Made by a program: the position numbers and the translations under genes. A DNA stretch of 63,907 nt, counting the filler, from Dirinaria sp. TL-2023a (taxonomy: Eukaryota): the NCBI GenBank assembly GCA_051941275.1. It is 3 parts of 3 records of this genome, joined end to end, with 100 filler letters (N's around TTAATTAATTAA, not from the genome) between each part and the next. Parts side by side here need not be neighbours in the genome. Positions count along the whole stretch, not along the records: positions 21,908 to 43,686 come from JAVEBF010000246.1; positions 43,787 to 63,907 come from JAVEBF010000297.1; 1 more part is not named here. The stretch is one strand, 5' to 3'. Under the pieces are notes generated by a model that did no database searches, had not been told where the DNA came from, and worked only from the letters and a program-made list of their open reading frames with translations. Positions 36,581 through 50,895 of the stretch are shown here, piece by piece. Within the stretch, counting starts at the first letter, position 1, and each line of letters starts with the position of its first letter.

Positions 36581-37802
36581 TGGAGAGGCGTTTCTAAGGA
36601 TAAGATACCTCGGTACGCTTAGTAAGAAAGGTTTTATACCTAATTAGGTCTAAACTCTGTAAATGAAACTCCGATCCTACATTATGTAAGTCGGAACATT
36701 TTCTTCTGTCCGTCAGAACTTTTACAAAGTAATGAAGCGATGCAGAGGTTTCTTCACTACGGATCAATACTTGTCATCTTTGCAATGGCGAAAAGTCTTA
36801 CCTCGTCCTTGGACATTGGGAGGGAAGGGATCATTGTCAGACTCGTAACGAATGAGATGCTAAACACATGTAGCTAGGAGCTACGAAATGGAGAGCACGT
36901 GGCCAAACCTCCGTTCTATCCCAGGACGTCGAGCTTCGGGCGGATAGTGTTCATTCTACAGGGGCTTATGTTCCTGGAAGGTGCCAGATATACTGGATTT
37001 TTCTGCATTTGATGGACACATATTGAAGAGATTCGGAATCGTGAATGCAAGGCTATGCTAACACATGCTATCATAAGAATCTATGCTATGAAAGTTCCAC
37101 TGATACAAGCTTTCGTCTTACACAACCACCTCACTGATAGGTATATCATCGGTAACATCGCATCAGCACCGGGTTACAAAATCTCGTGATGAAGCTGTCT
37201 GAGCCTGGTTTAGCTATGTAACTCAACATAAAAAAAAAAACGCTATTCGTTCTCTGCACCAGGCATTCGTTTCCCTCCAAGCTTCGAAGTCACACATCAA
37301 CGGCGAAGTACAACTCGTCATAAAACTTTGGCCGAACCAGAGAGCCAATGAAGCGTTCCAAGAGAGGTTCCGAACGACTTCTGTCGAGCCTTTTCCGGGC
37401 AGACGTGTTGTGGCCGTAAGGGCGGGAGAGACCCATTGATGAATCGATCACAACAAGAGAATGCGATTCGATTTTGGAGACTGAAATTAACAGCGAATAT
37501 TTGTTCGCCAGGCCGATATAGGTTCCGAGGGAAAGTGCACATTTGGAGCACCAGCAAGAGGTGTTTTCTGCAGGCAGGTCACGAGCAGTAAACTGAAGAG
37601 GGTTCATTGGGATGGCGTTATCGATATGCTTGCACTTCTATCAATTCGAAAAGTGTGAGTTCCGAATTAAGTGCTGCGCGAAGAAGACAGGAGTTGCGGT
37701 TGCGGCCAGGTGGCATTTCCGTGCTAAGGTAAGACTGCCATACTGATGCTCGTTTTGCGGAGAGTCGAGTTGCTGTGATACTAAGTGATGATCGAGCGCC
37801 TT

Positions 37803-39404
37803 TCAGGTCGGGCTGTACTTGCTCATCTGTCTAATCTTTTTGCCGTATAGGTAGAACAAGATTGGCACCGGAAAGAAAGCAACAGTCAAAAAGCCCAACA
37901 AGCTCGTTGCCCAATCCACTCCAAGCGTATGGTACATCGCGGTGGCAAAGAGTGGGAAGCCTCCGCCAGCCAGCGACCGTACTAAAGTGTTTGCAGCAAT
38001 CGCACTGTTGGCGTGCATCATGTAAACGTCGATAATATAACTCAAGCCTTGCAAGAATATCATCAGAACACCTGCTCCAATCGGAACTCCGGCAATCACC
38101 TGCGGGACCCAGCTGCTGACATGCGGACTGGATGTCCAGGCAAACCAGAATAAACCTATAGGTAGCATTGCAGCGCCGGCAATCATGGGAATGAGTCGCT
38201 CCTCGGGCACAGGCCTGCCACCGTTGGCCTCGAGTTTGCGCCTGAAGCGTGTATTGGAGTTGTAGACAATTATGCCTGCGCCGATCACAACTCCTATGAG
38301 GATACTCAGGAAAGGCAGGGCGCCGACGCCAAGGTTCCAGCCCCGGGATTGCTGGAAAGCGATAGGATACGACTCGAAGAACAGGTATAGAATGCCATAA
38401 ATAAATGCCATGTAGATGGTGATCAGGTCCAAAATTGGCTCCGTGAGAATCATTTGGAATGGCCTGAAAAGGTATTTGTCAACTATCGACTTCATATCCA
38501 CGGGGTTTTCGTCTGCAGGTGCGTGAATCGCCCAGTTTCGGGTTTCGAAGCGTCTCTTGGAGGCTCTGCGTTGCAACAGCACCGGGGCGTACGATTCCGG
38601 GCAGAGGATCAAGGCAATTGTGCCGAAGAAGGCGGAGATGATGAGTGTGATCCAGGCGGTCCAGCGCCAGCCAAGACGGCTCATAACGATAAATCCACCA
38701 CCAATGGGCCCAGCCGTTGGCCCGATGAATGTGGCACCAGAGAAGAGACCGAGAGCAAACCCCCGCTCCACAGGCCCCCAGAAATCTGCAATAGCCCCTC
38801 CGATGATGGCGAGTGGGGCCGATCCAAAAACCCCGCCCAAAAACCGACATAGCATTATGGTTTCGATGTTCTGCGCGACGGCGACTGGGATTTGGAAGAT
38901 GGCGAACACAAAGAACCCAAAGAACAGAGGCGGTTTCCTTCCGTACAGCTCGGACAGAGGCCCCCAGATGATTGGGCCAACTGCGAATCCCAGCACGAAC
39001 AGACTCGTGCCTAGAGTCATGACCTCGTTCGACACGTCGAACTTTCTCGCAGTGATTTCCGTCGCGGTGCTGAAGACGCTACTGGCGAAAGTGAGGCAGA
39101 AAGTCACACTGGCATACAGCACTGTGACGAAGAACTTCTTCGATCTTGGCCAATTCATCGGGTTCTCTGGGTCGTCTGGTCCATTCCACCCCACCAGATT
39201 ACTCTCCTCCTGTTTTTTCGTGTCGTTTGCCGCCTGACTGGCAGCTTGATGTTCATCCGGCCCCAGAGGACCGACGTGCCCTTTTTCGGCATCGGGAAAT
39301 TCCTTCGCATGGATTGGATCTCGACTGGCATTGGGCGGGGTTGGGGCAGCAGTGGATTCGGAAAGCGAGGTGCGCGCTGGTGAAGGTGAGAGATAGTGAG
39401 ACAT
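37803..39404 (-). CDS. MFS transporter, DHA1 drug:H+ antiporter family
   Basis: WNGPDDPENPMNW, GPIIWGPLSELYGRK, WRWT.W, PESYAP.LL, PEERL, YIIDVY...ASAIAAN-like motif; about 12 TM segments; intronless. Confidence 0.95.
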   Translation of the reverse strand: MSHYLSPSPARTSLSESTAAPTPPNASRDPIHAKEFPDAEKGHVGPLGPDEHQAASQAANDTKKQEESNLVGWNGPDDPENPMNWPRSKKFFVTVLYASVTFCLTFASSVFSTATEITARKFDVSNEVMTLGTSLFVLGFAVGPIIWGPLSELYGRKPPLFFGFFVFAIFQIPVAVAQNIETIMLCRFLGGVFGSAPLAIIGGAIADFWGPVERGFALGLFSGATFIGPTAGPIGGGFIVMSRLGWRWTAWITLIISAFFGTIALILCPESYAPVLLQRRASKRRFETRNWAIHAPADENPVDMKSIVDKYLFRPFQMILTEPILDLITIYMAFIYGILYLFFESYPIAFQQSRGWNLGVGALPFLSILIGVVIGAGIIVYNSNTRFRRKLEANGGRPVPEERLIPMIAGAAMLPIGLFWFAWTSSPHVSSWVPQVIAGVPIGAGVLMIFLQGLSYIIDVYMMHANSAIAANTLVRSLAGGGFPLFATAMYHTLGVDWATSLLGFLTVAFFPVPILFYLYGKKIRQMSKYSPT

Positions 39405-41865
39405 GGCGAGATGCTGAAGGAAAACCGATGGCAGATGCCCAAGAAGACAGACAGATCAATGCAGGATGACGAAAGAGACTGGCGAGAATATATATGTATG
39501 TATGTACGCGCTGTAGGAAGAGAAGAGAAGAGAAAGAGAAGACACGAGACGAGACGAGACGAGGCGAGACAGAAGATGGAGAGAAGAAGAAAAAAGGAAA
39601 AGGGTGGTGAGATCATTATGACATTCGCTGATTATCCCATCCCTGATTAGTGAGACTGACTCGTCGATGCGCGTGTGAGTGCAAAATCCGAGTCCGTATG
39701 CAAGAGTGAGAAAGAGGAGACTCGGCACAAGCGGCATGACATGGGAGATGCATAAGGTGGGAATAATCCTGTGCATTACTTGGATGATCAGGTGAGGTAC
39801 ATAAGCACTCGGTAAGGGAAGGGTTGCTGCATTACTTAATGCAGGACCGGCATTTCCGGCATCGAGGCTCGGTACGATAGTCGATACAGTACAGTGTAAG
39901 GTATGGTCGGAGATAGTGTGGGAAGTGATGAGTAATCTCCGTTTCTCTCTCTCTTAGGGTTAAATTGACGGGCGGACGAATTACGCGTCGGCTCGCGGTG
40001 GCACGGACCACTTAGCCAAGTCGACACCAACATGGAAGTCACCGACTGGCAAAGCTTGAATTGACATACACACTTGTATCAGAGAAAGCTGAAGAAATAG
40101 GAATCTGATGGAAATGAAAATCTGTTCTCCAACGAAGAAAAAAATATCACTGTTCGGTGTCCAGCCAGAATGGGTTGCTTACCTCAGCCTCCGACCACCA
40201 ATCAGGCTGAATCCTTATCAGTGGGCCGATGAAAAGCGTTAAGCGCTAGCTGTAACTCCGTAGATTACGCCCATAAGCATCGGAAATCCATCACCCCGAC
40301 CAAATTCCGAGCACACCGAGCATGTCAGACGAGGGTATCACAATGCAAATAATCATAATCCTGAGAAAAGATGAGACGGAGTCACAACGACCGAGTCTGG
40401 AAGTGATGTTGTATCGCCGAAGTCGATGACTCAGAACTTTGCCCAAGGCAGTGGAAATGTTGATAAGGAGGACCTTCAACTGGAATAGTCTGAATGTTCG
40501 AGATCGGATTTAGGGTTAAGACACTCTCAGGCAAACGCCATTGACCGGATAATATAGCCATATACATGTAGTTCACCTAGCGTGGATAATCCTGTGAATT
40601 CGGTGCTATCAGGACCATCTGATTCAGCATGCACTCTCGGCTGCTCCCTCCATCTACGGATCCGATATCCACAGCGGTTATAGAGTCCGAAAACGAGGCT
40701 TTCAGGCGGCTGACAGGGGCCAACATGGCTCTCACTATGTCTACCTGAAAATGCATCAGGTCTGTTGGGAAGGAATATGCGGTTCAGTGTACGAGAGACT
40801 ATGCAAAGTGCAAGTGACTTGCATGCAGGCGACTCGACATGCCTCTGTGCCTGTTATCTACACACTACCTCGTGATTGTGCCAGGCCATCTTTTGAGTCT
40901 CGAGCACACATTCTCTTTGCTTCTCATCTCCTCTCCGTACATCCTGGGAGAGTATTGCTTCGCTTGGTACCGACTCTTTCCCTCCACTTTTTGAATTTGA
41001 GTTCGCATTTGCAGGACTCCATGTTTAAACGCTAGAAACAGAGGAAGACATCCTCGCTACTTACCAATATCATCTCTCGCACGATCAAGCGCATCAAGAT
41101 GATGACCTCTAGAACAGGCCCCCCGTCTGTCTGAGCAAAAGGTTTCCATGTACGTGAGACTATCTTCTATCGATCCACTTTAATGTCCTACCCTCCTCTC
41201 CATCTCCAAGCTGATTCAATTTGAAATCCTTGTCAGATCCCAATACTCCTCTATCGCAGCTAGGGTTCCGGAATAGAATCGTACATATATCGTACTCCAA
41301 CAGAATGAATGCCTGTATGGGCATCTGGATCCAGATCAACGAAACGATGAAAGACTAGTCCGCCAACAATTAGCTATTGACGAACAGAGAATTCTCAAGG
41401 CCATTGTATCGACCTCGAAGCAAAAGAACATAAGTAAATGCGCTGATGAGCACATCAAGAGATGAGGGCTTCTTCTTGTCCTGGGATGGGAGAGGGGATG
41501 GATGATACAACGGATCACAGATCAGAGATTTTGGGGTCCACAACCCATCACGCAACTTCATTATGGGATGACAGATGTATGCAATGACCTTAGTCCTTCG
41601 GCGTCACCATTCAATTCCTGATTCCAACTCAACAACCTAGATTCAGAACACAATGCTAGCTCATTCCCACATCAGGCACCGACGGCCAAACGACGAATAT
41701 AAAGAATGATGTCGAAGAACCTCGATCGTGGCAAAGTCTACTGCAAAACAAGAAGCGAACGTTAGCCGGCGAACCTGATGTCTGGTATGATTGTAGGGCT
41801 GTACGCATACCTGCCATCTGGCCGTATATTTTTCCTCTTTATCAGAGCCGGGACTCTTGGCCAAG

Positions 41866-42150
41866 TCAAAGCGCGGCGAGTGCAATGATCACTAAAGACA
41901 AGACCCAGAAACTTGTACGACGACGAAAAATGAATATCGAAATGAGGATGAAGAGCAGAGCACTGGCTTGAGGATGAGCCTCGCAAAAAGGCATGAACTT
42001 GTCCCGGAGCCAAGCCTGGAGAAAGTCAACGGAACTTTCAAAGATACTCTGCGAGGCTGCCTTCAAGATTGCGGTGGCTTGTTGCGGGTCACATTCGTAG
42101 GTTCGGAGTTCGCGGTTCCATTTGCACGCATTCGACATGATGAGAAGCAT
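41866..42150 (-). CDS. Possible small orphan membrane protein (~90 aa)
   Basis: ATG-initiated ORF with two C-terminal hydrophobic stretches; well-formed intron (41810-41741) downstream on the same strand suggests transcription. Confidence 0.4.
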   Translation of the reverse strand: MLLIMSNACKWNRELRTYECDPQQATAILKAASQSIFESSVDFLQAWLRDKFMPFCEAHPQASALLFILISIFIFRRRTSFWVLSLVIIALAAL

Positions 42151-43553
42151 GTATTGCTGTTGTCGGGAAGGTGGTTGTGACTTAGGCTCAACGCCCCGTT
42201 GCTGAATGCGCAGATCAAAGTGCTATAGCTTGAAAAGGTCGAGGGTAGAGCTCAATCAACTGATCGGTTGCTGTGGCTAGGATTCCTGAGAAAAGAGAAA
42301 AGAAGATGTGGAATGAAGGCAGATTGTGGTGCTAATTATTATGGAAGTCTAGACAAAGAAAAAAGCGTATGTCGGTCACGAAACTGGATGATTCGGGAAT
42401 ATGCATACCGTCCTTGGGCTTTTGATCCAGATGGAACAGTATTTGAGTCAGTGTGGAGCGCTGGGATGGATCATTTCCACCGCAATGACTTGCACGAGGA
42501 AGCTTGCCGTCATCCATGCCCAGATATCAGATGCTAATGTGGTATAGCGAAAACCTCTTGGTTCTCCAAGGAAATGGCATAGAGATTTGGATTAGACCTG
42601 AATTGTGAAGTACACTTAAATCACTTCTCACAAACATTTGGCTTGCAACTACACTGGGGCATTCCCTCTAACCCGTCCGAATCGCTACCCGGTTAGGAAG
42701 ATTATTTTAATATCTTGTGTTCTGCATACAGTCGACCGCCTTTTCACAACGCCTGGATCTTCCGAAACAAGGTCCCAGTCTCTGCACACAGAACCCACCG
42801 TGTTGAAGTAGACATGGACGATGTCTCACATTAGTGGTACGCTAGCGGAAGCCCCAACTGGGGACGCGGGTGGCCAGCCACGCCAACGGTGCCACCCGGA
42901 GAAATTCAAAGCTAAAAATGCCTTCTAACGGCCCAGGCTCTCCAGAAAGGTCGTTCAGTCTTTGAATCCAATATCGCATCTACATCAGAGTACCCCTATG
43001 TCTCAGCCGGACATGATTCTGCAAGTCACGAGTCGCATTGCACTACAACGATAGGAAGGCGCCATGAGAAACCTTCGATAGGCAGGTGCGAACACTCAAC
43101 ACTGGTCACTACCTTAGGGCTGACCCCACGCTAGATATGCAGCCTGGCAGCAAACGGCCTGCAGATGCCTGGGCTACCCGTTGGTGCCCTTTGCAGCTCC
43201 GGTGAACCCGTAAGGTAATCAATCATCAGCTGCTTAGGATCACTGCCCTTTTCGAGGCTGAAATTCTAAGGTACGCGTGTGCATGGCTCAGTGGCATGAT
43301 GCCTGTAAAGTTCAGCCACGTCATCAGTAGCATGATTGTACACGCGATTGGTCCGAGACTTCATATCCGTACCTGCATTATTCACTGCATTCAGTCTGGT
43401 GATTGGCCAGTGACGTGATGGGAGCTTTGTCAAACCAGCAAAGTGAATTGCAACCCTCAGTCTTTCGCTGTCAACACTTCCTTCCTAAGGTAACCTGAAT
43501 TCACAATTCGTGCCTTGTTCAACACATGAAAGCTCTTTGTCTTCGCAACGGAG

Positions 43554-43686
43554 CTAACTTAATCCTAGCAACTGCTCCCTCCGATCCTCCATCCCCATCC
43601 TCGGAGACTCATCTTCAATCCACTCCAAAACATCCTCAAACAACCTCATCAAACCCCACTCCAAAAAATGCATCTCCTCCCCTTCC
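43554..43686 (-). CDS. Possible 3' end of a gene truncated by the gap
   Basis: Open frame from the gap edge: EGEEMHFLEWGLMRLFEDVLEWIEDESPRMGMEDRREQLLGLS*; no family recognised. Confidence 0.25.
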
Positions 43687-43786
43687 NNNNNNNNNNNNNN
43701 NNNNNNNNNNNNNNNNNNNNNNNNNNNNNNTTAATTAATTAANNNNNNNNNNNNNNNNNNNNNNNNNNNNNNNNNNNNNNNNNNNN
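43687..43786. other. Assembly gap / artificial linker
   Basis: N44-TTAATTAATTAA-N44. Confidence 0.97.
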
Positions 43787-44142
43787 TAGCGTCGGAAAAC
43801 AAATTTTTTGGGGAGATGATGCATGCATTTTTGTTTGCAGGGCATGCAGGAGAGAGATGCCTCTCTTCCTTTGATATGTATTCTTGCAAATCGACGATTT
43901 GTGTGGTATCTTCGGTATTCAGCAGTCAATCAAAAGCCCAGCAGCGCCTCTAATCTTTCCTCCCATCCCTCCCTCATGTGAGATGTGTGTGTGCGGCAGC
44001 AAGAACCGATGCGCTATGCTTTCATTTTCAACCAATGCTCGCTGGGAAAATTTCACAAGAGTTTTTTTTTATCCAGATCCAGGATCCCCCCTTGCTTTGA
44101 ATAGGCCGCAAAGGACTGGTTTGTGGTCAAGCCAAGATCGAA

Positions 44143-45522
<1,380 letters not shown>

Positions 45523-46828
45523 CGCGAGTGTGCTTAAGCGTGGCAGAAAGAAAGCAATGGGCTTCTACTTTTCGAGTGTCATAGATTCAAGGTAAGGTGT
45601 GACTCCAAGAGGCAGGCTCACAGGTCAGAAAATGTTCAATCACTAGAACTCGCGATACTCGGTTAACTGCGCGCTAATTCCGCCCCCGAGGCTCTTCCCG
45701 CTTTCCATGCCAAGCCATCTACAGCTACCCCCGGAGGCCGATAGCATGACCAGGGCTGCATCTGGGATGGACATATTCCAATGATAATAATACATGGTAG
45801 GATAATATAGGTGTTAGAATTCTGTCATTGAGGTTCAGGTTCCCTTCCGGGATGCAAAAGCCCAACGAGACAGTTGAATCCATGCTCTGGCAAGAATAGG
45901 TGCTAATATTCCCCGACTAGCCCATTGGCCGACTGATTCATGTTCAAGATTTTTCGAATTGACAATGGCTCTTTCTCCATACAATAGTCAATCGTCAATT
46001 CGTTGAACCATCCTTGCCATGAGACGCTAGTGTTCTTGGAAATAGCAACTTGCCAGAGCATGGGATAATGGTACTCCATGATGATTTGACATATAACATT
46101 TCCTTATAAACACGTCATGCGGTAAGTGGTCAGTATACTTTACACCACCTCATTACTTAATTAGAAAAGCTTTAAACATAGATCAAAGACCGTATTCTGA
46201 AGATTCTTGTATGACACTCTGACACAGAAATCAACATGTCCACTCCAAAATAAAAAAATTTACTGAGATAAGCTCGCATGGTTTATGAGTTGGTAATACT
46301 CTCTTTAAGTAGACTTTTCTAGAAACAGATCACATGTACTGGAAAATCGATGTTTGTATCTCGTTAACTTACATATTTGCAGCAAAACACCGCACAATCA
46401 GCAAAGAAAGAGCAACCGCTTTTGAGGAGATGTTGAGCCCAACATCACGATGCTTGATCGAAATCAAATGAAGAACACGATTATTTTCATCCTTAATCGT
46501 GTTTCGTTTACAAGAAGAGAGTAAATGGTATTCCTTACTCTCATAAGAGATTATACTCACCGTCAATGTGTATGTTAGCATGCAGTATCGCAAAACTACT
46601 GTCAAAAGATGATTGTACCAAAGACATACCTTGTTTCATGCTGAAAAATTAAGAATGGTGACAAGACACGAAAGATACGGGATCTCATGTGACGGACTAA
46701 GCGAGATTGCACTAGTGTAAACCCCGAAACCCTTATCTCCGAAGTACTACACCTAACCAAGGTATCTCAACATCAAACCTCTATCCAATTGTACGCAGGT
46801 GCAACTCCTCCATGCACTTCAAATCAAG

Positions 46829-47838
46829 ATGTCTACCGCTCTCAAGATCCTGGTGCCTGTAAAACGAGTGATTGATTATGCTGTACCCTCCTCCCCTTCC
46901 AACCCCTAATCGTCCACAAAACTGGCCCTCTAACGGCGCATATCCTAGGTGAAACCCAGGGTCAATAAAGCCCACACCGCAATCGAAACCTCAGGCGTCA
47001 AACATTCCATGAACCCGTTCGACGAGCTCTCTATCGAAGCCGCCGTCCGCCTGCGCGAAGCCTCCTCCCCTCCCGTATCCGATATTCTAGCCCTATCAAT
47101 CGGGCCCGCGAAATGCACGGACGTGCTGCGGACCGCGATGGCCATGGGCGCCGATAGAAGCATCCATGTCGAAGTACCCCCATCCGAAGAGCACGGCGAG
47201 CTAGAACCATTAGGCGTTGCGAAGCTGCTGAAGAAGGTCGCGGAGGAGGAGGGGAGTAACATGGTTATCCTGGGCAAGCAATCGATCGACGATGATAGCA
47301 ATCAGACGGGGCAGATGTTGGCAGGACTACTCAACTGGGGTCAAGCGACGCAGGCGTCCAAGATCGTGTTTGAGGATGGGGGGAAGGACGGCAAGGTACA
47401 GGTCACGCGAGAGGTGGACGGCGGCGTGGAGACGCTGAGAGGGTCGCTGCCGATGATTGTGACGACGGATCTGAGGCTGAATGAGCCACGGTACGCGAGT
47501 CTGCCGAATATTATGAAGGCGAAGAAGAAGAAGATGGAGAAGAAGAGCTTGGATGATTATGGCGTTGATGGAACGAGGAGGCTGAAAACTCTGAAGGTCG
47601 AAGGTATGTCGATCTTAGATTCTGGAATTCCTCGACTTCGTCTTTTTTTTTATCGAAATTCTTCTTCAGCCAACGAATCAGAATGATTTTCCCTTTGAAT
47701 TCATGATTGAAGACCTACTTCTGAGGTGGATAAGTTGCTGATTGCCGTTTTACAGAACCACCACCCAGACAAGGAGGTGGGAAAGTTGAAGATGTCGATG
47801 GTATGATCTCGAAGTTGAAGGAGCTTGGCGCGTTATAG
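46829..47838 (+). CDS. ETFB: Electron transfer flavoprotein beta subunit
   Basis: LKILVPVKRVIDYA|VKPRV, SMNPFDE, GKQSIDDDSNQTGQMLAGLL, DLRLNEPRYASLPNIMKAKKK; last exon EPPPRQGGGKV...GAL*. Confidence 0.96.
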
Positions 47839-48054
47839 AGCCAAGCTACGATTTAGCGTCTTTCAGCTTCGATGTAAATATGTGATGAGTTAAAAAAATA
47901 TACGAAGACTTCTGGACCCTGGGCACTCGCCAACCGTCGGGCTTGGGTGATGAAAGATAAAAAAAGAATCGTATTCAGCTATACTATAATGAGACAATGC
48001 CGGCTCATTAGCTTAGTGCTCATTCTGAAATATTTTCTCATCTGACGAAACAGG

Positions 48055-49372
48055 TCACACCCCTTGTCCACCATGCATCTTCGCCGATGCCTCCGGATCC
48101 TCCCCAAATCCAACAAGATGCTGGCGGACATTTCCCTGCACATTCTCCACCTCGCCCAGGTGAGAGCGGTGCTTGCTCATACCGGTCAGCAACTCCTTCC
48201 CGATCTTGAGCACCTCCTGCCGTACCATCTTCATGTCCGGGTGCTTTACTAGTGGAGAATCGTCGAGTTTCTTGTGGATATGAAGCAACCTGACACCCGT
48301 TGTGCCAAAGAGGTTCTGGATTGCAACGGCGATCTGCTGTTCAGCATCTGTAATGCCAATCACGGTATCGCCAAGGATTTCGACCAATTTGCGGAGTTCC
48401 TGATTCTCCTTCTCGGACTTCTCGAGCTTGAACTGCAGCTCCGCAACTTTCTGCTCGCAGCTCCCGTGTTGATCGGCAGGATTCGCTTGCGGTGGGGGAG
48501 GTAAATGATAGTGGACCGGGTTGCTGAGATGCTCATTATATGAGTATGGCGGAGTAGGTTCGAAGATGCCTGGTGGAGGTTGATATGGAGTCAAAGGCGG
48601 TTCATATGGTGGTGAGCTTACTCCAGGAGCCTGCTCTGGACCGAAATGGGGTTGGCCTTGAGGCTGCTGCATGGGCCAGAGGTTATGCTTTTCGTTGTAC
48701 TGCGCTTTCGCGTTGATATTGAAAATTTGCTGCTGGATGGTGGGACTGATTCCGCAACGTTGACGATACTCGACTGCCTTCTTCTTCCGGTCGATCTCTA
48801 GACCGTGATGACCGCGCCAGTTGACATATACGGGGTCCTGCACCTTTGCGTTGGCGCCAGCGACCGCTGGTGCTAAGCTCAGGTATCCTAATTAGTATTC
48901 CTTATTCCACTATTAGGGGGGTTCAGCAGCCTGGCCTACCTCCGGGCTCAATTTGCGTTGGAGGGCCGGCGAGGCGCCCTGTGTCTGTGTGAGAGTAAAG
49001 GCAATCGGCCTCGGAATATTTGCAATGCCCATTCTCTGACCAGAAGTAGCAAGTCAGGTGTTTCATCGACATCCCCTTTTCATTGCCATTCTCAGGAGAT
49101 AGCAGCTGTTGGTCAGAAATGTCTCCAGAGGCACTGTCCACCAGACAACTATTTCCCAAACCGACTTCAGAAGTTGACTTGTCTACCGTGGAGTCGTCCT
49201 GCCATGCAACGACAGCATCCGATGCCGGGACAGAACTTGAAATCTGTTTGTGAAGAGACGCTTTTCTGCCTTGAGACGCGTTTTGGCCAGCTGCAACAGG
49301 CTCCATATGATTCTTTGTACGCTGATCTGATTCTTGAGCAGAAACGGTCGGAGGCGACTGGGGCTTGTTCAT
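48055..49372 (-). CDS. CCCH zinc-finger protein with Pro-rich region and coiled coil
   Basis: C-YFWSENGH-C-KYSEAD-C-LYS-H; intron 48939-48873 joins the two ORFs in frame; start codon uncertain. Confidence 0.7.
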
Positions 49373-50895
49373 CCTTGGATCTTGAGGACAGACGCAGAGT
49401 AGTTCTGCACTTCGACGATCGATGTCTCTTCTTGCTGTCCAGGCAATGCTGAACAAGGGTGGCAAGAATACCCAAGACCTGTAGCTCTCACGAGTCTTGT
49501 CTGTCTGAAAACCGCTCGCCGTTGTACTGATTACTACAAAGTCCTGCTAAGTGCTTTTAGCTACTTGTGTGACTGCCTTCAGGTATAGACTAAGGTGTAC
49601 CGATGTGGTATGTTTCGCAACCCAACTGACTCCTTGATTAGGTCCTCCCAAAGTTCTCGAGATATTCAGGTATAGTGTCAGAGATATGCTGCTTGGGTCG
49701 ACTGTGATAGGCAACCACTTGAAGCTGACTGGTTTTGAGAATTTGGTTGCTTGGTGATAATCACGCGAAAAGGCGAAGGAAAATAAGATTTCTCGTTAAA
49801 TGCAATAAAGATTTGCACAGCCGTCAAACGTATTCAGATTGGCTGTGGTTCCATAAGCGATCACAGATTAGCTTAGAGATCATCCTTAACAGCTCTTGAG
49901 GCTGATTATGTCAAAGAAGAAGACAGTCAGTGCCAGCAAAGCACAAGATATGATGACTTCCTGAACACCAATAATGAGCTATTGTCTTAGCAAGGTCGAT
50001 CATAAAGATTCCAATCCAGTGGCAGCATACCTGCGAAAGAAGATGTCAATCGAGACAATGATGGCGATGGCCAGCTATTAATAGTGGAGAGTGTTCTTAG
50101 GATCCAAGACGTTTAGGATGTCACTGAAAGTCTTTGATGAAGTCGATAGTGAGTCGGCGCTTCATCGCAGCTATACTACATAAAACACAGAGTCGCAGTC
50201 CATCTGCTTGCAGCTCAGGACGATGAAGCAATAGACCTATAACACTTCGTGACACACAGTTGGTAGTATCCCCAGCATTCTCACCAGCCTGATCTAGCAG
50301 AAATTTCATACTCTGACCCAGAGCACTATAATATGAAGTATGGCATAGAATAGTCTATGTCCCAGTTCCAGACAATTATTGTTCATGATAGTCTCTATAA
50401 ACCTATGTTTGCCGAAAGAGGGAAAAGAACAAGTCACTTGAGTACGAAACCCTTGATTTCGAGGGACTTTTAAGAGGCTGCTATTGACCTACTAGTCGGA
50501 TGAAATTAGGTCCAAAAAAAAGGAGCGCGACATCCTTCTGGGCCACAGATGCATCCGAACTGATGAGCTTTAAGTGTTGTCCATTGATTAAACCCCCTGT
50601 TTCCAAGGGTTCTTGCGAGCTAGGGCTTCGGCGATGAGCAGATAATTGGCAGTCAGCACAGTCCGTCGATATTTGAATGTTCATATTATGAGAGTTCTGC
50701 AACAAGGATTTGCTGAACTCATACCGCGGCGTGCGATGAGGAACAGATTGTTTAACATCGAACAGAAGGATCTCGGTCACGAGTACGAGGGCTACGGCAG
50801 TCTATTTCATAGACTCTGGTCTACTTCCAAGTGCGATGCTGGTCTGCTATCGTACCTTTAAGGATTTCGGTTCCCTTGACGCCGGCGATATGGGC

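Noticed and set aside
43275..43330. tRNA-like GCATGGCTCAGTGG start
   Set aside because: No T-arm GTTCGA and no cloverleaf pairing; no tRNA, rRNA or CRISPR array was found in the window.
47604..47755. C/D-box-like motifs in the ETF-beta intron
   Set aside because: Box C is imperfect and I see no terminal stem or rRNA-complementary guide.
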